From Eledone cirrhosa (taxonomy: Eukaryota), in assembly GCA_964016885.1 (NCBI GenBank), contig OZ024743.1:359972001-360036000 (forward strand): DNA of 64,000 nt, written 5' to 3'. The translations under genes and the position numbers were made by a program. How positions within the stretch are numbered: position 1 is the stretch's first letter; the number at the start of each line of letters is the position of its first letter. The notes beneath the pieces were generated by a model. That model saw only the letters and a list, made by a program, of their open reading frames with translations. It was not told where the DNA came from and made no database searches. Below are positions 27,550 to 41,042 of the stretch, in pieces.

Positions 27550-30400
27550 ATCTAGAGTAAAGATAAGGCCATTGGGAAAATGAACGCTGACGGATTAGGG
27601 CAAGATGTTGTTGATATTCTGAATTTAATGGTGGAAAACCTATTAATCTAAGATTTGTAGACAGAAAGATATTAACAGAAACGACAGCTAAGTTAAACAG
27701 GGTCGTCTCATACCTTGAGGCGAAGAATATTCACCAATGCAACAACATCTTCAAAGGAACCGTAAATGTCCTGAAAAAATTCGCTTGGTATCAAAACGAG
27801 GGTAAACATACGGGAAAGGACAGAACCTTGGTCAAATCATGGTCAAATCAAGGAAATAAGAAACGACATCGGGAAAGATTGAGTCTATTAAACAGGACAT
27901 TACAAAACATAGATACGAAGTATAGATTGATAAGACAATCAACTTAAAAGGAAAAGGGCTAAATGTTATAATAGAGGAATTAAAGCATCGTGTCATAGCC
28001 AAATGTACAAAACTAAAAAGATATAAGACCATAGTTTGATAAAATAGATCAAACTGCATGTTCAACAACAACCAGCAGATGATATTTGAACAGTTTGAAG
28101 GGAAAGAAAGAGACAGCGATGCTATCTATGAGGCTGAAAGACCAACACATTTTTCAGATAGATATGCAGGAAGTTGAGCCTAATAGTTTGGCAGAGTGAA
28201 TTGAGACTGTTAAAAAAGAGGTTAATGAACAAACACACCAACAGCCTGATTTGAGTATCCCGGTTGAAACCCTTAAACAGCAGGTCAATAAATTAACCAA
28301 CTAGACATCACAAGACCCGGATGATGTGCAAGGCTATTGGACTAAAAACATAACGTCTTTCCACCCAATACTGGCGGCCATGTTCAATGACTGTTTGGTG
28401 TCAGGCGAAGTACTGGAGTGGTTCACAAAATTGACCACGCTTCTAATAATGAAAGATCAGGCCAAGGGAAATTACGTTACCAACTATAGGCCTATCATAT
28501 ATCTGCCCATGATGTGGAAATTGCTTCTCTTCTTCTTCGCCTACTTATTCCTGAGTGGGTCATGGATGTAGAGTCCTCAAACACTCCTTCCACTGGGTCT
28601 TGTCAGAAACAACCGACTCCAACTGACCCAGATGGATCCCCAGGCATGTCCAGCCAAGCTCATAGTTGCTATCCAACCATCTTGCTTGGGTCTAGCCCTG
28701 GGTCTCGTGTCGGTCGCTTTTCCCCGTAAAATCTGTCCATTGATTCATTCCTGAGACTTTCTAACCACATGCCCTTAGTATCGGAGCTGTGATCTCTCAA
28801 TTCGGAAAAGTAGCCACCCTACCGGGAGTAAATCTCTGTCACCTCAGCCCCTCCCTTAACACGAACATCCAGCGCAGAATCAAAGAGATTAGAGAAAATA
28901 ACAAAACCAATTATTGATTCTGTCCCTGATTCCCCTTATAACATGTATTTTTATGGATTTTCTGTGCTGGAAGAATCTGTTCATAATAGAGAGCCCATTG
29001 CTAAAACAGAAATCTAGTAAAGTCTATCCATTCGTATTCAGTCCAATCAATCCTTTCAATGTCAAGTGTTCTGTGCCAACATGTGCATTGAAGTCTCCCA
29101 TCAAGATATGATGATTCAGTCTTAACTACATCTAATGCTGCAGTGATTTTATCAAGGTGGGGCCTGTATTCGGATTCCTTGTTTGGTGCATAAATTTGCA
29201 CTACGCACAGGACACCCATCTTATAGCATAAGCTTCAAGAGACGAATCCTCCCTCCTAATGACCATAACAGATTCTGACTACCTGGAGCTTGTGAATAAT
29301 AACACTCCCGCCTGTGCCGCTACTTCTGGCGCGGCAGCTGAACAATAGCGTTGTGGAAACTGCTAACAAGCATTATGTTTGAGGAAATCTACCACCATCT
29401 CGACAGAAACAACTTACTGCCGGGGGTTAAAAGAGATGCCGATAAAGGTCCCGTGGTATAAAATATTAGTTACTTATTGACAAGATGATAATAAGAGCCT
29501 TAAGAGGAGGCGTACAGGTCTAGCCATAGGATGGATAGATTACAAGAATGCATTTGACATGGTTGCTCATTCTTGGGTAACCAAGTGTCTGGACATCTTC
29601 AGTCTGCTATTACATAATAGCATGGATACTTAGGAGACAAAGCTAACATCAGAGTGAGGATCTGCGGGAAGAGTGACAATCAAGAGAAGTATCTTCCAAA
29701 CAGTTAGCCTGTCCTCTTTATTGTTTGCCCATGCCCTTATACCCTCATAAATTTGTCCCTTATATTGCGAAATGTGAAGGCAGGATACAAACAGAGAAGA
29801 GGAGAGCTTACTATCAAGTACCTTCTCTTCATGGATAATTTAAAACTCTTCGTATTGTCAGCAAAGATATATGTGTGTAATTTGGTGTGGCGTCCTAGTT
29901 AGGAGTAGATGTAAATTGAAGTGAAGCAAATGTATTAATGGGTGAGGTGATAAAGCGGATCGACACCGAAAAGTGAGATAGGTATTGGAAGTTCTGGAGA
30001 TAGATAACATCAATGACAATAAAATTAAGGCGTTTAATACATCTGACTACATCAGGAGAGTAGGGAACATATTAAAATAAAATCACATCTGAATAGCAGA
30101 AATGCCATAAGTGCAATAAATTCCCGCGATGTGTCTATTATTAGGTACAGTGCGGGGATTTTTAAAGGAAGAATCAATAAACGAGGGGATGTCTAAGAAA
30201 GAAGCAACACCAAAGAGGAAGAACAACCTGAATGAAAAGGTCCTTCATAGTATTATTATAAACGAATCAGGATTCATAGATCAACAGACGTGGGACTGGT
30301 TAAAGAAAGGGGAGCTTGAGAAAGCTACGGAAGGAATGCTATTGACTGCACAGGAGCAAGCCCTTAAAACGAGATAGATGAAACACAATAACAAGGAGGA
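27550..30400 (+). mobile_element. Decayed R4/Dong-like LINE interrupted by an RTE insertion
   Basis: QGYWTKNITSFHP...NYRPIIYLPMMWKLL resumes at ~29352; WIDYKNAFD, LLFMDNLKLF, WDWLKKGELEKATEGMLLTAQEQALKTR. Confidence 0.85.
28526..29351 (-). mobile_element. Internally deleted RTE LINE (APE endonuclease piece joined to 3' end)
   Basis: VLCVVQIYAPN and GDFNAHVG motifs; RTE-like 3' end with GAAGAAGA tail; 13-bp TSD TGTGGAAA(T/C)TGCT at 28513 and 29352. Confidence 0.85.
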
Positions 30401-32079
30401 GGTTAGAAAAGATCGAACATACTGAAAGGTGGAACATAGGAACGCATTTGAACAGATATCTGTTCTACCATGAAGATCATTTAGAGTTAAACTATAATAA
30501 TAGTAACTTGTAAGTTACTATTGAGTTTTCAATTAAATTTAACGTTATTCATACTTGTATCAGATTCCTAAGAAAAATATCAATGTTATAATGTTTGAAT
30601 ACTATTAGAATGATGCTTTTCATGTGGATATTAAGAACAGTTCTGTCAGAAACCAGTGCGCTTAAAAGTAATCAGTAAGCAAATAACCACAGCTAAATAT
30701 GAAGCTTTCATTATAAATATTAATGTCGGTATTGTCACGAAACATCTTCACCTGATTAAACCAATATATAGCAATTCTCCATTGAAGAATAGTGAAGTCA
30801 AGACTATCTTTTATTACTGAATACATTTTAAATCACCTAGTTGACCGTAAATAACATTTAAAGTTACAATGTCTGAAAGTAAGCTCACGGAATGGAAATC
30901 AGTTCAATACAAAGCGTCAGTGATTTTCCTTTCTGCTGAGAGAATTGTAATTACACTACATTCAGAAGAAAGCAATTAATATTATATCTTCAATAGGTCG
31001 GGCGTCTTTTAATTTTTGATTTTATATATATATATATATACATACATGACATAGAATATTAAGAAGGTCTTAATAAAACGAAACCTCATGTGGAGTAAGT
31101 GCAAACATCTAATGGAATTAAACTTTCTCATTCTATAAAAGAAATTTTATGAACTTAGAAGATTGTATAAATTAATGAGTTCTTTCAATGGAAGAAGACT
31201 GTATCCTTGTAGATGTGGTGGTCTGGTCGATTGAATCTATATATTAAATTGTTAATAGTCAGTTTTAGTCATCGGGAAACGAAAGGCAACTGCACAGATT
31301 TAACACATTCATCTTTCGACTGCAGTCAAAATTAAATTTTCAACACTCCACCAATAGTTCCTGGTCTGCATGGTCACGACCAGACTTTCACACACAAATT
31401 CACTAAATATGGTAGCAGGGTCAGTCACTTTCAGGATTGGTGGCCGACTGGTTCTAGAGGATAAAAAGTGTCACTACCTCATTTGCTGCTCAATGTCAGT
31501 GACCAGCAAAGTGCGCCCTTCTTGCTTTAACAATCTGTGCAACTTTTCGAAGGTCACTATACATTTGCTTGGATGTCTACAATAATAGCCATTAGTATGC
31601 CCCGTCAAGCCGCTTTGGTTGGATTGATGTCAAGGTCCAGGTTTCAGAACTATTAAAAATGGCTTTAATCATAATATTAAAAGTCTTGACTTCAATTTTA
31701 AAATCAGATCTCTTCGATTTCATCATCATCACCAGATTTTATTTAGATCATTACAACGCCCCGGGGCCCTAATTTTTTGGCTTTGAATTCATTTAATCTA
31801 AGTAAATCCCAAACCATATTAATACGTTTCTTGATTGTGGAGGTCGGATCAATAGTTCTGCAACAATTATATTTAGCTTTTGTGCTGTTTAGATAGTCTA
31901 ACACAGAGTCTGACACAATTTGCAGCTATTTTAAGTGGTGTTAAAAGCAAATCTACTATTAGGTATCAAAGTCATATCATCAACAAAATGAGTGTCTTCA
32001 GAGATATTAAGCAGAATGACGAGAGATCCTACGTTGAATTTCATTGTTTTAGGCTACAAACATAAGGCTGGGCAAATGT

Positions 32080-34040
32080 TCTTTAACCATCCCTGAAAAC
32101 TCTTTGAGATAGTACCTAGTGTTCCTAGGACAATCGAGACGACCTTGATCACATGACAGTCCTACATTCTTTTTAACTTCCATTTTAAATCCTGGTATCG
32201 GTTAATATTCTACTTCTCCTTTTCTTTCACTCATGTGTCAAATGGGCAGGCTACATCTATAATCAGGCACGATCATTTTTCCTTGTCAAAACCACCAGGT
32301 CAGGCCTATTGCGTTCTAATTTCTTGTCTGTCTGTATCCTGAATAGCACCTTCACTTCACTTTCTATCACCGACTCTAGCTTATGCTCATACCACTTCTG
32401 AAATGTGGCAAATTGTTTAGTTTGCATAAATGCCAGTGAATCACATTTCCTATCATACCGTGACTCCAGCCTTTATAGTGAGTCTGGGCTAGGTGTTTAT
32501 ATTCGGATACAATATGAGCCACGGTCTCCTCTTTCTCTACAGATCCTACACAGTGAGCTAGCTTCCTTCTTATCAATATGGTGTTTCACCCACTTCATTC
32601 CGAGGGCTTGCTCTAGCACAGTCATTAGCGTTCCTTCTGTAGCGTTTTTAAGGTCTCCTCTTTTCAACCAGCTCCATGTAACTGGATCTCTGAATACCGT
32701 TTTATTAAAAGAAGGTGTAATGAAGTGATTTTTCATGAAGGCTGCTCTTCCACTTTGTTGTTCCTCCTTGGACATCCCCTGGTTTATTGCCTTCTCCTTC
32801 AGTACAACATTGACCATCCACTCCCTACTCTCAAACACATATTTGTGCAATAAACATTACGCCTCTTGAAACGTGCTGTATGTATTCATTAGCTTCCTAG
32901 TCTTTCTATCCATTTCTTATGTATTCAGATCTTATAAATTCCTTCATTTTATTGTTCTTGATGTCATCTGCCGCCAGAACACCCAAATATTTGTATACCT
33001 CTTCAGTGTCAATTTCCTTTATCATCTGACCCGTTGGTACTTGGATTCCGTTGCTTCTGTTCAATTTACCCCTCTTCATCACTAGGATACCACACTTATT
33101 AACACCAAATTCCATAAATTTATCTGTGCTCAAAATACGGACAGTGTTACAAGTACATCCAACTCTTTCTCGCTTTTCCCAAAGAGTTTTAGACGGTCCA
33201 TGAAGAGGAGGTGGTTGATGGTAAGAGGAGGAGTTGTCTTCTATCCAGCGTGTATCCTGCTTTCACTTTTCGCAATATGAGGCACAAGTGTATGAGGGTA
33301 AGGACAAACAAAAGAGAGGACAAACTATCTCCATGGAAGATACCTTTCTTGATCTTCACTCCCCCCAAGGATTTTCCACCGGATTTTAACTCCGACTGCC
33401 AGGGCTTCATACTTTTACTTAATAGCTGTCTGCCACCTTGAAGATCTGTAGTCTTTTCGTTATCCAGGAATGAGGTACAATGTCGAATGCCTTCTTGTAA
33501 TCTATCCATCCCATGACAAGACCAGTATGCCTTATTTTGTAATTCCTTATTACCATCTTGTCGATAAGTAACTGGTCTTTTGTACCAGGGGACTTCTTTC
33601 GGCATCCTTTCTGTTCGTCTGGCAATATGTTGTTTATGTCTTAAGAAATTTACTATCACCTGATAGTAGATTTCCTCAGACACAATGTGTGTTAGCAGTA
33701 TCCACATTAACCTTGATTCGATCTTTCATTACCAGAACTGTGGTATCTTTTGTCAACCACTCTGGTACTTCACCCGACACCAAGCAGTCATTGAACATGG
33801 CTGTCAGCTTTGGGAGGAGGGATGTTATATTTTTTATCCAATATCCTTACACACCATTTAGGCCTGGTAATTTCCAGTTGGTTAGATTTTTTGGCCTGCT
33901 TTTTAAGAGTTTCAACTGTGATACTCAAATCAGGTTGTTGGTGTTTTTGTTCACTAATCTCATTTTTAACTGTCTCAATCCACACTGCCAGACCATTATG
34001 ATCAACATCCGGCTCCCATATTAGTTTTCAAAATGTCTTA
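32080..34040 (-). mobile_element. R4/Dong-like LINE, RT plus CCHC and REL domains, decayed
   Basis: [86 protein letters not shown]. Confidence 0.9.
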
Positions 34041-34189
34041 GTCTGTTCAAGGGAAGGGGGTTATAATCATTAAACGTTCTATTTACCACCGTCACCTCAA
34101 CCCACCATGACAACCACATCAACAAGTAAGAAAAACAACAATGGCAACATCAACAGGACAGGCTCGGCAGAGGGAACTTTCGTTCATCT

Positions 34190-36950
34190 AGAAATTATCT
34201 CTGATCCGGACCGTGCCAGACCACGAGTAATTTAACTGGTTCCTCCGTCCGGCGCCCTACGACACTGTAGGACGGCATGGACTTGCTTCTCCTGGTGCCG
34301 AGCTGCAAGTTAATCTTTGCTCCTGTCACCGCTTCGTATTCCTTTAGAACGGTTCCGAGCATCTGGATAGGTCTGGTGCTCGACACCAACATGGTGTCGT
34401 CGTTGGAGTAAGCCGATACGGATCTGCCGCATCCCGGTTGAAGTGGAATGCTCTTCATTGCCTTCGAGTTATGCAGTAACGGCTCGGAGGCCAATACGTA
34501 CAAGAGGGACGAGAGGGTACAACCCTGGCGGACCTAGTGCCTGATGCTGAACGGCTGTGACAGGTGACCGTTCACCCTCACAAATAAGCAGGTGTCGTGC
34601 ATCGCAGCGATGCAACCCCTAAAAACGGGTCCGAAGCCACCCACCTCGATGACCACCACCAGGTACCGATGGTCGACCCTATCAATTGCTTTAGATTGAT
34701 TCAAGTTGATCAGGGCCCCACTCGTGCCAGGTTCCGTAACCACCCTCTCTATTATGTATCGCATGAGGTGGAGGTTGTCGTGGATGTCTCTGTCTGGAAT
34801 GACACATGTCTGCGCCTCTCCCATTAGATCGCCGACTACAAGCGCCAATCTCGTTGCTAACACCTTGGCCAAAGTCTTGAACTCTGCGTTTAGCAGATTT
34901 ATGGGCCTGAAGTCGTCTATAACCATCCCTCTTGTTCGGGTCTTTTCTCAGTAGCACCACCGCACCCAGGCTCACAAAACAAGGAATGCTGCCGTTCAGT
35001 TGCCAGTTGCAGCTGACGCCCGCCAAAAGGTCACCGAACAAGTTTTGTATGTACGCATAAATCTCGTAGGGCAGAATATCCCAACCTGGCGATTTATCCC
35101 TCGTGCAGTCAGACATTGCTTCCCGTATTTCACCTACCGTTATCGGCTTTTCGCAATACTGCGCTGCGGTCGTTGAAAACCACAGCAGTCCTACGAGTAT
35201 GCACCGAAATTCATACTCCGTTCCGGCGCGCCGCTGCTCCCGAACAGATGAGCAAAGTGCTGCTGAAAAGCCTCACACATCTGCTCGGGTTCGAGTAACA
35301 TCCGCTCGTTTTGGTCAGGCAAAGGACGAATTGTGGCTTTGTTGCCACGTCCTCCCTCCATCACCCGGTTCCACTGGTCGGCTTTCGCCCCCTCGTGTCT
35401 CTGAGCACGCGCTCTAGCTCTGAGAACGCAGCCATCATGCTTTGCGTTGAAGATTTGATCGAGTGCCGATCTCGCCGAAAGCACGTCGGCTGCAATGCCT
35501 GACCCAAATGCCTCTTCTAGCTTTCTAACTAGCTCGTTCTCTACTGTATATTCCTTTATCGCTACCCCTTTGCTAAATTTTATCGATTTCTACTCTAATT
35601 GCTCTTTTGGGGTTAACCAGCTCCTGATGTTGACGATCGCACCCCTCAACGCACGCGTAACTAATTCGCTTATCCGGTCGCTGTAAGCTTTGCTGGCCGG
35701 GAATGACGCGTTCGGCTTCCAGTAACTGGAGCCTTGCCTATGAAGTCTATCTAATTCGACTTCACAGATCACACATTTGTAATCCCCGCAGTCGACTACT
35801 CTAAATTGTGGACAACCAGCACTAGCGTTATCTGTTTCCCTACAGAATACCCTATTTGGATACGATGCCGTTTGCCCTTATCCACATTGGCGCAGTCGGA
35901 TCATCCAGTCTATACCGGTCAGACAGTTCAAAACGTCTGAGCAGGTTGTTGAGGCTTTTCCACCCTCCCCTCCTGTCTACTAGCTACACATAATCACAGC
36001 GTGCATCTAAAATACCATTCCAGTCGCCCACTAACTCTACAGAGCGGGACGTTCCAAGAAATATCTCTAGACGTCTGAAGAAATCTGGCCGTCATGCCCC
36101 TGTAGGGGCGAAGACGGCTACTAGCCTGAAAGCATTGCCTTCGCTGTCGGTCATGTCCAGCACCACCGATTTAACTTCTGGGTCCAGGAATATGGACCGT
36201 ATAACAGTATCCAGGCCTCTCAGAAAAAGCACAGAAACTCCTCCCCACCCTTGCTCCTGGAAGCCTGCGAAATGCATATATATTTCAGCCACTGAAGATC
36301 GGTGCGCAGGCTCGTGCTTCCAAATTTGGTGGCCATCACATCTATGTTTAGTGACCTGAGATCGTTAAGCAGGCGGCTCTGCTTCCAAGATGACCTCAGG
36401 CCACGTATATTTACACTGCCTATTCCAAGTAAGGCTATGTTGGGTGAGGAACGGGGGTAAGTGAAAAAGGATCACTTACCTTGATCGTGTGGGAAAGGGA
36501 CAGGCAAACCGTCATTTCAGCTGGTACCGGCTGTCTCGAAGATAATATCCGTGTACTCTCTTGGTAACCGACTCCCTGAAGTCCCCAACTGCGTTGGGGA
36601 ATTATTTAAAACTGTTTATGATGTTCCAGTTTCATCTCGACAATGTTTATATTTGTTGGTAATATTCTGAGTGTTGTTAGTGTGTAGTAATTTTTTTACT
36701 GTAATGTCTGTGCGCTGCTTTATATGTTCCATGAGTCCTTTTAATGTTTTTTTTTGGGGGGGGGGGAGGGTTTATGCTGTTGGGTGCCTTGTTATGTTTG
36801 CGATGTTGATTGTGGTGATGTAGTTGTTGTTGTTGGGGATGCATGTGGTCGTGATGGTGATGGTGGTGGTGCTGCTGCTGCAAGCCGCCTTGCAGCCGTT
36901 ACTCCTCTTTGTTAGTCCTCGACTCCGCCGAGGACAGACGCGGCCAGACA
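34190..36950 (-). mobile_element. L1/Tx1-clade LINE, ORF2 (APE + RT) 3'-truncated, with low-complexity upstream region
   Basis: GSVNIRGL start, GGVSVLF...FRLVAVFAP, YWKPNAS, DKSPGWDILPYEIY, FRPINLLNAEFKTLAKVLATRL, SAYSNDDT; GC-rich relative to flanks. Confidence 0.9.
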
Positions 36951-37324
36951 AGGTATGCTATTTCCTAGTCACATGATGTCCCAACGCAAACACTATACGA
37001 CCGAAGATATTTATTGCTCCGTTACGAACCTACTATTATCCTCAGTAATCTCATTAATTCGTCGAAACTGCAGAAGGTTGAGGTCTGAGAAACATATTTT
37101 AATGTTTGTGACCTGTTCGCTTTCATCCATTCTTTTTCCTACATCCTAACTTCTCTTCCTTCGAATCAACCCACAGAGAGACGCTGATTTATGCCCTTCG
37201 AGGTAATATTTTAACTAGTACCGCTTCGACGGTATTTTGCAGTACTAACTTCCATACACCGAGTTTTCCTAATACACTCGCGTCTCAAAATTCTATTTTC
37301 GATTTAATTTGTTTATATATATAT

Positions 37325-37510
37325 TTGTTTCTACTTTAGGCACAAGGCCAGCAATTACCCAGTGCATTACTGGTACTTTATTTTATCAACCCCGTAAGGA
37401 TGAAAGGCAAAGTCAACCTCGGCGGGATTTGAACTCAGATCGTAAAGGGACGTAACTATGCTGGAAAGCATGGCGTCCGACCCTCTACCGATACTGCCAA
37501 TCCACCGCCC
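37325..37510 (-). mobile_element. Full-length tRNA-SINE with 16-bp TSD
   Basis: Family sequence; TGTTTATATATATATT at 37310 and 37511. Confidence 0.92.
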
Positions 37511-37546
37511 TGTTTATATATATATTATTGTATATATATATATAAT

Positions 37547-37632
37547 AAAATAATATTGAGATAGAGCGCCCGAGATGTTTGCTCTAATCAGATTAGAGCA
37601 AACATCAAGGGCGCCTAACTCAATATTATTTT
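37547..37632. repeat. Hairpin with ~42-bp arms
   Basis: AAATAATATTGAG...GATGTTTGCTCTAATC-A-GATTAGAGCAAACATC...CTCAATATTATTT. Confidence 0.9.
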
Positions 37633-38014
37633 TGAAAAGCATTAGCAATGCGCAACCGGTATGAACTTAAAACTTAAAACTAAAACTGAATACTAACCAA
37701 TACTTATTACTAATTTTTACTTATTCCTAATTAAACTATTTCTCACTGGGAAATATTTGTCAGCATTTTCTTTTCCTTTTACTAATATAACACAACTCGT
37801 GTGTTACACCTCTATTGTTTTAAATATATATATATACATACAATTATATATATATATAAACAAATGTTTGTAGGTGCGCATGTATGTTTATGTGTTTGTA
37901 TATATGTATGTGTGTATGTATGTATATATGTACGTATGTATGCATGCATGTAATATATATGTATGTACGTATGTATGTATGTATACATATTTTCATACGG
38001 ATGTATATGCTATC

Positions 38015-38330
38015 ATTCGACCTGTCGCATTGTCGGGTCGTCGGCGACTAAACCGGCAACCCCACCAAGATTACTTGGTGAGGAAGGTGATTTTAGACAC
38101 CCTGCAAAAAACAAAATCTGTCAAAAAACAAAACCTGACAAAGGGCAGAAGAACTCATAAGAATCAACGGCCATCCAAAAGTGTGTGAATATGTATATAC
38201 ACATGTACCGCTGGAGTGTAGGAACCCTAGCCTTTGTCAGGGCTTTCTTCCAGGAGAAGGCAACTCAGGAAACGGTGTACAGTCTTTCCTCACTTTAAAA
38301 AATATCTTCACGCACAGGCATTGCACGATG
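38015..38330 (+). mobile_element. RTE 5'UTR-like or RTE-related non-autonomous element fragment
   Basis: GGCGACTAAACC, GAGGAAGG...CACCC and AGGAGAAGGCAACTC resemble RTE 5' UTR blocks (recalled, not aligned). Confidence 0.4.
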
Positions 38331-38927
38331 GAATTAATTAATAATTATTAATAATGGTATATTGTGCAATAGCCATACTCGATAACGAGGAGGCAACCAT
38401 CATGAATACATATTTTCATAGGGATGTATAAGCTATCATTCCCACTTCATATATGTGGAGGTAATCATCAGTCTTCTCGGAGGGTGGATAATATTGCAGT
38501 ATATTTTTTACTCTCTTTGTTTTGTTATTTTTTTAAAAAGGCAAATCGTACATTGAATTGCTACTTCAGCAGATAGTTTTCTCTCAGCTACACCTGTCAA
38601 TTTTGCTGCTATTTTTTTCTACGCTGACATGCTATGTCTTCCATAGTATGCTCAGCTCTATCCTTACGAAAGGAATACAAAAGATTATAAAAGCTATTTT
38701 GACAAAACCCAGAGAATACAAACTCCCACCATCACACGCACACAGACACACACCATTCCACTCACACACCATCACACACTTAAATAAGTTAAGTTATGTG
38801 TGGACGATAATTGTAAGATTGAATATATGTATATATTCATGTATGTCCTTATGTACACATATGTATGTACGTGTGTATATAGATAAATGCATGTATGTAT
38901 ATAAGCATATAAATATGTATGTATGTA

Positions 38928-39142
<215 letters not shown>

Positions 39143-39848
39143 ATATATGATGATGACTGCCCCCTCGTTATCGAGTATGGCCATTGCACGAGAAAAAAAA
39201 TATATGTATACATATACATATATACATATGTATTAATAACAATAATAATGATAATAACAATAATAATAACGACAACAACAACAATAATAATATACATATA
39301 TATATACACACACACGCACACACATAAACATATCTATACACACACACACACACACATACACACACACACACGATAGCAACTAACAGCGCTGCGATCGAAT
39401 GTGGCTTTTTAGCTTAATTCGATCGCAAATATAGTCCAGCCAGCAACTTGAAAACTCTGGTACAAACACTACACTTGTGACAATTATTGACACATAGTGT
39501 TGGGCCCATGGTACCATGTGACGACAAGTGCAGAGAGATCTCCAGATATAAATATATATCATACATACTTATATATACATGTACATATCTATAAATATAC
39601 AATTTGGAAATCTGGAAGATATGTGGAGGAAATGTGAAAGCAAAGTCAGCAATGAAGGCTAACAATAGAAATATAATCAAAATACGATTTAGGAATATAT
39701 ACTCAACTGAAATATGCATATATTGATATGTATACATACATTAATTCATATATACATACATGTTTACACATGTGCGCACGATCACATACTCGTGCACACA
39801 AAACACTCACACACACACATATATATACATATGTATGTATATATATAT

Positions 39849-39997
<149 letters not shown>

Positions 39998-40298
39998 GTG
40001 TCGGATGTTTACCGGCACCCCAGTATGCAGGATGGAGCACTCGACGAAGTACGCTGGCTGGTTTGTTTACTCCGGTGTAATGTAAAATAAATAAGTCGAA
40101 CTTGTTAAATTTACCTTCATTTATTATAAATTCTCTGCTATATATATTTCAATGACACCTTCAGGTAATACGAATTAATGTAGAAAGAACAGGTAAACAT
40201 GGTGTTGAAATGTGTTCCACACTGTCAATTCATCGATATATCCAGCTCCTGGGTGTGTTGTTAGTGGTGCTACGAGGAACTTGAATCATATTTTATTT

Positions 40299-40437
<139 letters not shown>

Positions 40438-40499
40438 TTTGCACACACACACACACATACACACACACATGAATATATATAGGTATGTGTATTGTATAT

Positions 40500-41042
40500 A
40501 TACAATACACAAATACATGTTTACGAATAAACATTTGAAAGCCATTCGCTATGAATTTTGGAAGCTGTTGGCTACCGACATCAGGTGGACCCCGGTATAA
40601 GAAGAAGCGGGTAATCTGTCGACAGTCGACTTCGGTTGTTATAAAGAAAAACGCTCACCCTCATCGCTCTCTGCTGGATTCCAATATAGTCGGAAACATA
40701 TAATTTTAATGCCTATGTATATAGGCTGATAAGCCTCATTATCCTATGTAAACAGCTAGCTAACTAGGAGCGAATAGCTTAATTCTGTTTTCAGCCCGAG
40801 CCGCACGACAGCTGCAAATGCACATGAGGCTTATCAGCTTATTTACATAGGCATACAAAAATACGTTTTCGCCTATATTGGAATCCTGCACAGAGCAGGG
40901 TGGGGGAACGGTGTCTTGATAACCACCGAAGTCAGAATCGGTTGACTTTCGACTGATTATTACCCACACTCCTACTTCTGCTGGATTCCGCCTGATAGCG
41001 CTAGTCATTAGCTTTCAACATTACATTCGTAACCGTACTGTA
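40500..41042. mobile_element. Diverged MITE with long imperfect TIRs
   Basis: Mirrored blocks TTACGAAT/ATTCGTAA, GACTTCGGT/ACCGAAGTC, GGATTCCAATATAG/CTATATTGGAATCC, GCTGATAAGCCTCAT/ATGAGGCTTATCAGC; right end ...GTACTG-TA suggests a Tc1/pogo type. Confidence 0.7.

Noticed and set aside
36677-36883. Poly-Gln/His ORF
   Set aside because: Low-complexity trinucleotide sequence upstream of the Tx1-like ORF2; no independent evidence for a gene.
40135-40169. CTGAAGG...GAAATATATATA on the minus strand
   Set aside because: Core A9 is altered and stems I and II pair poorly; too degenerate to call.
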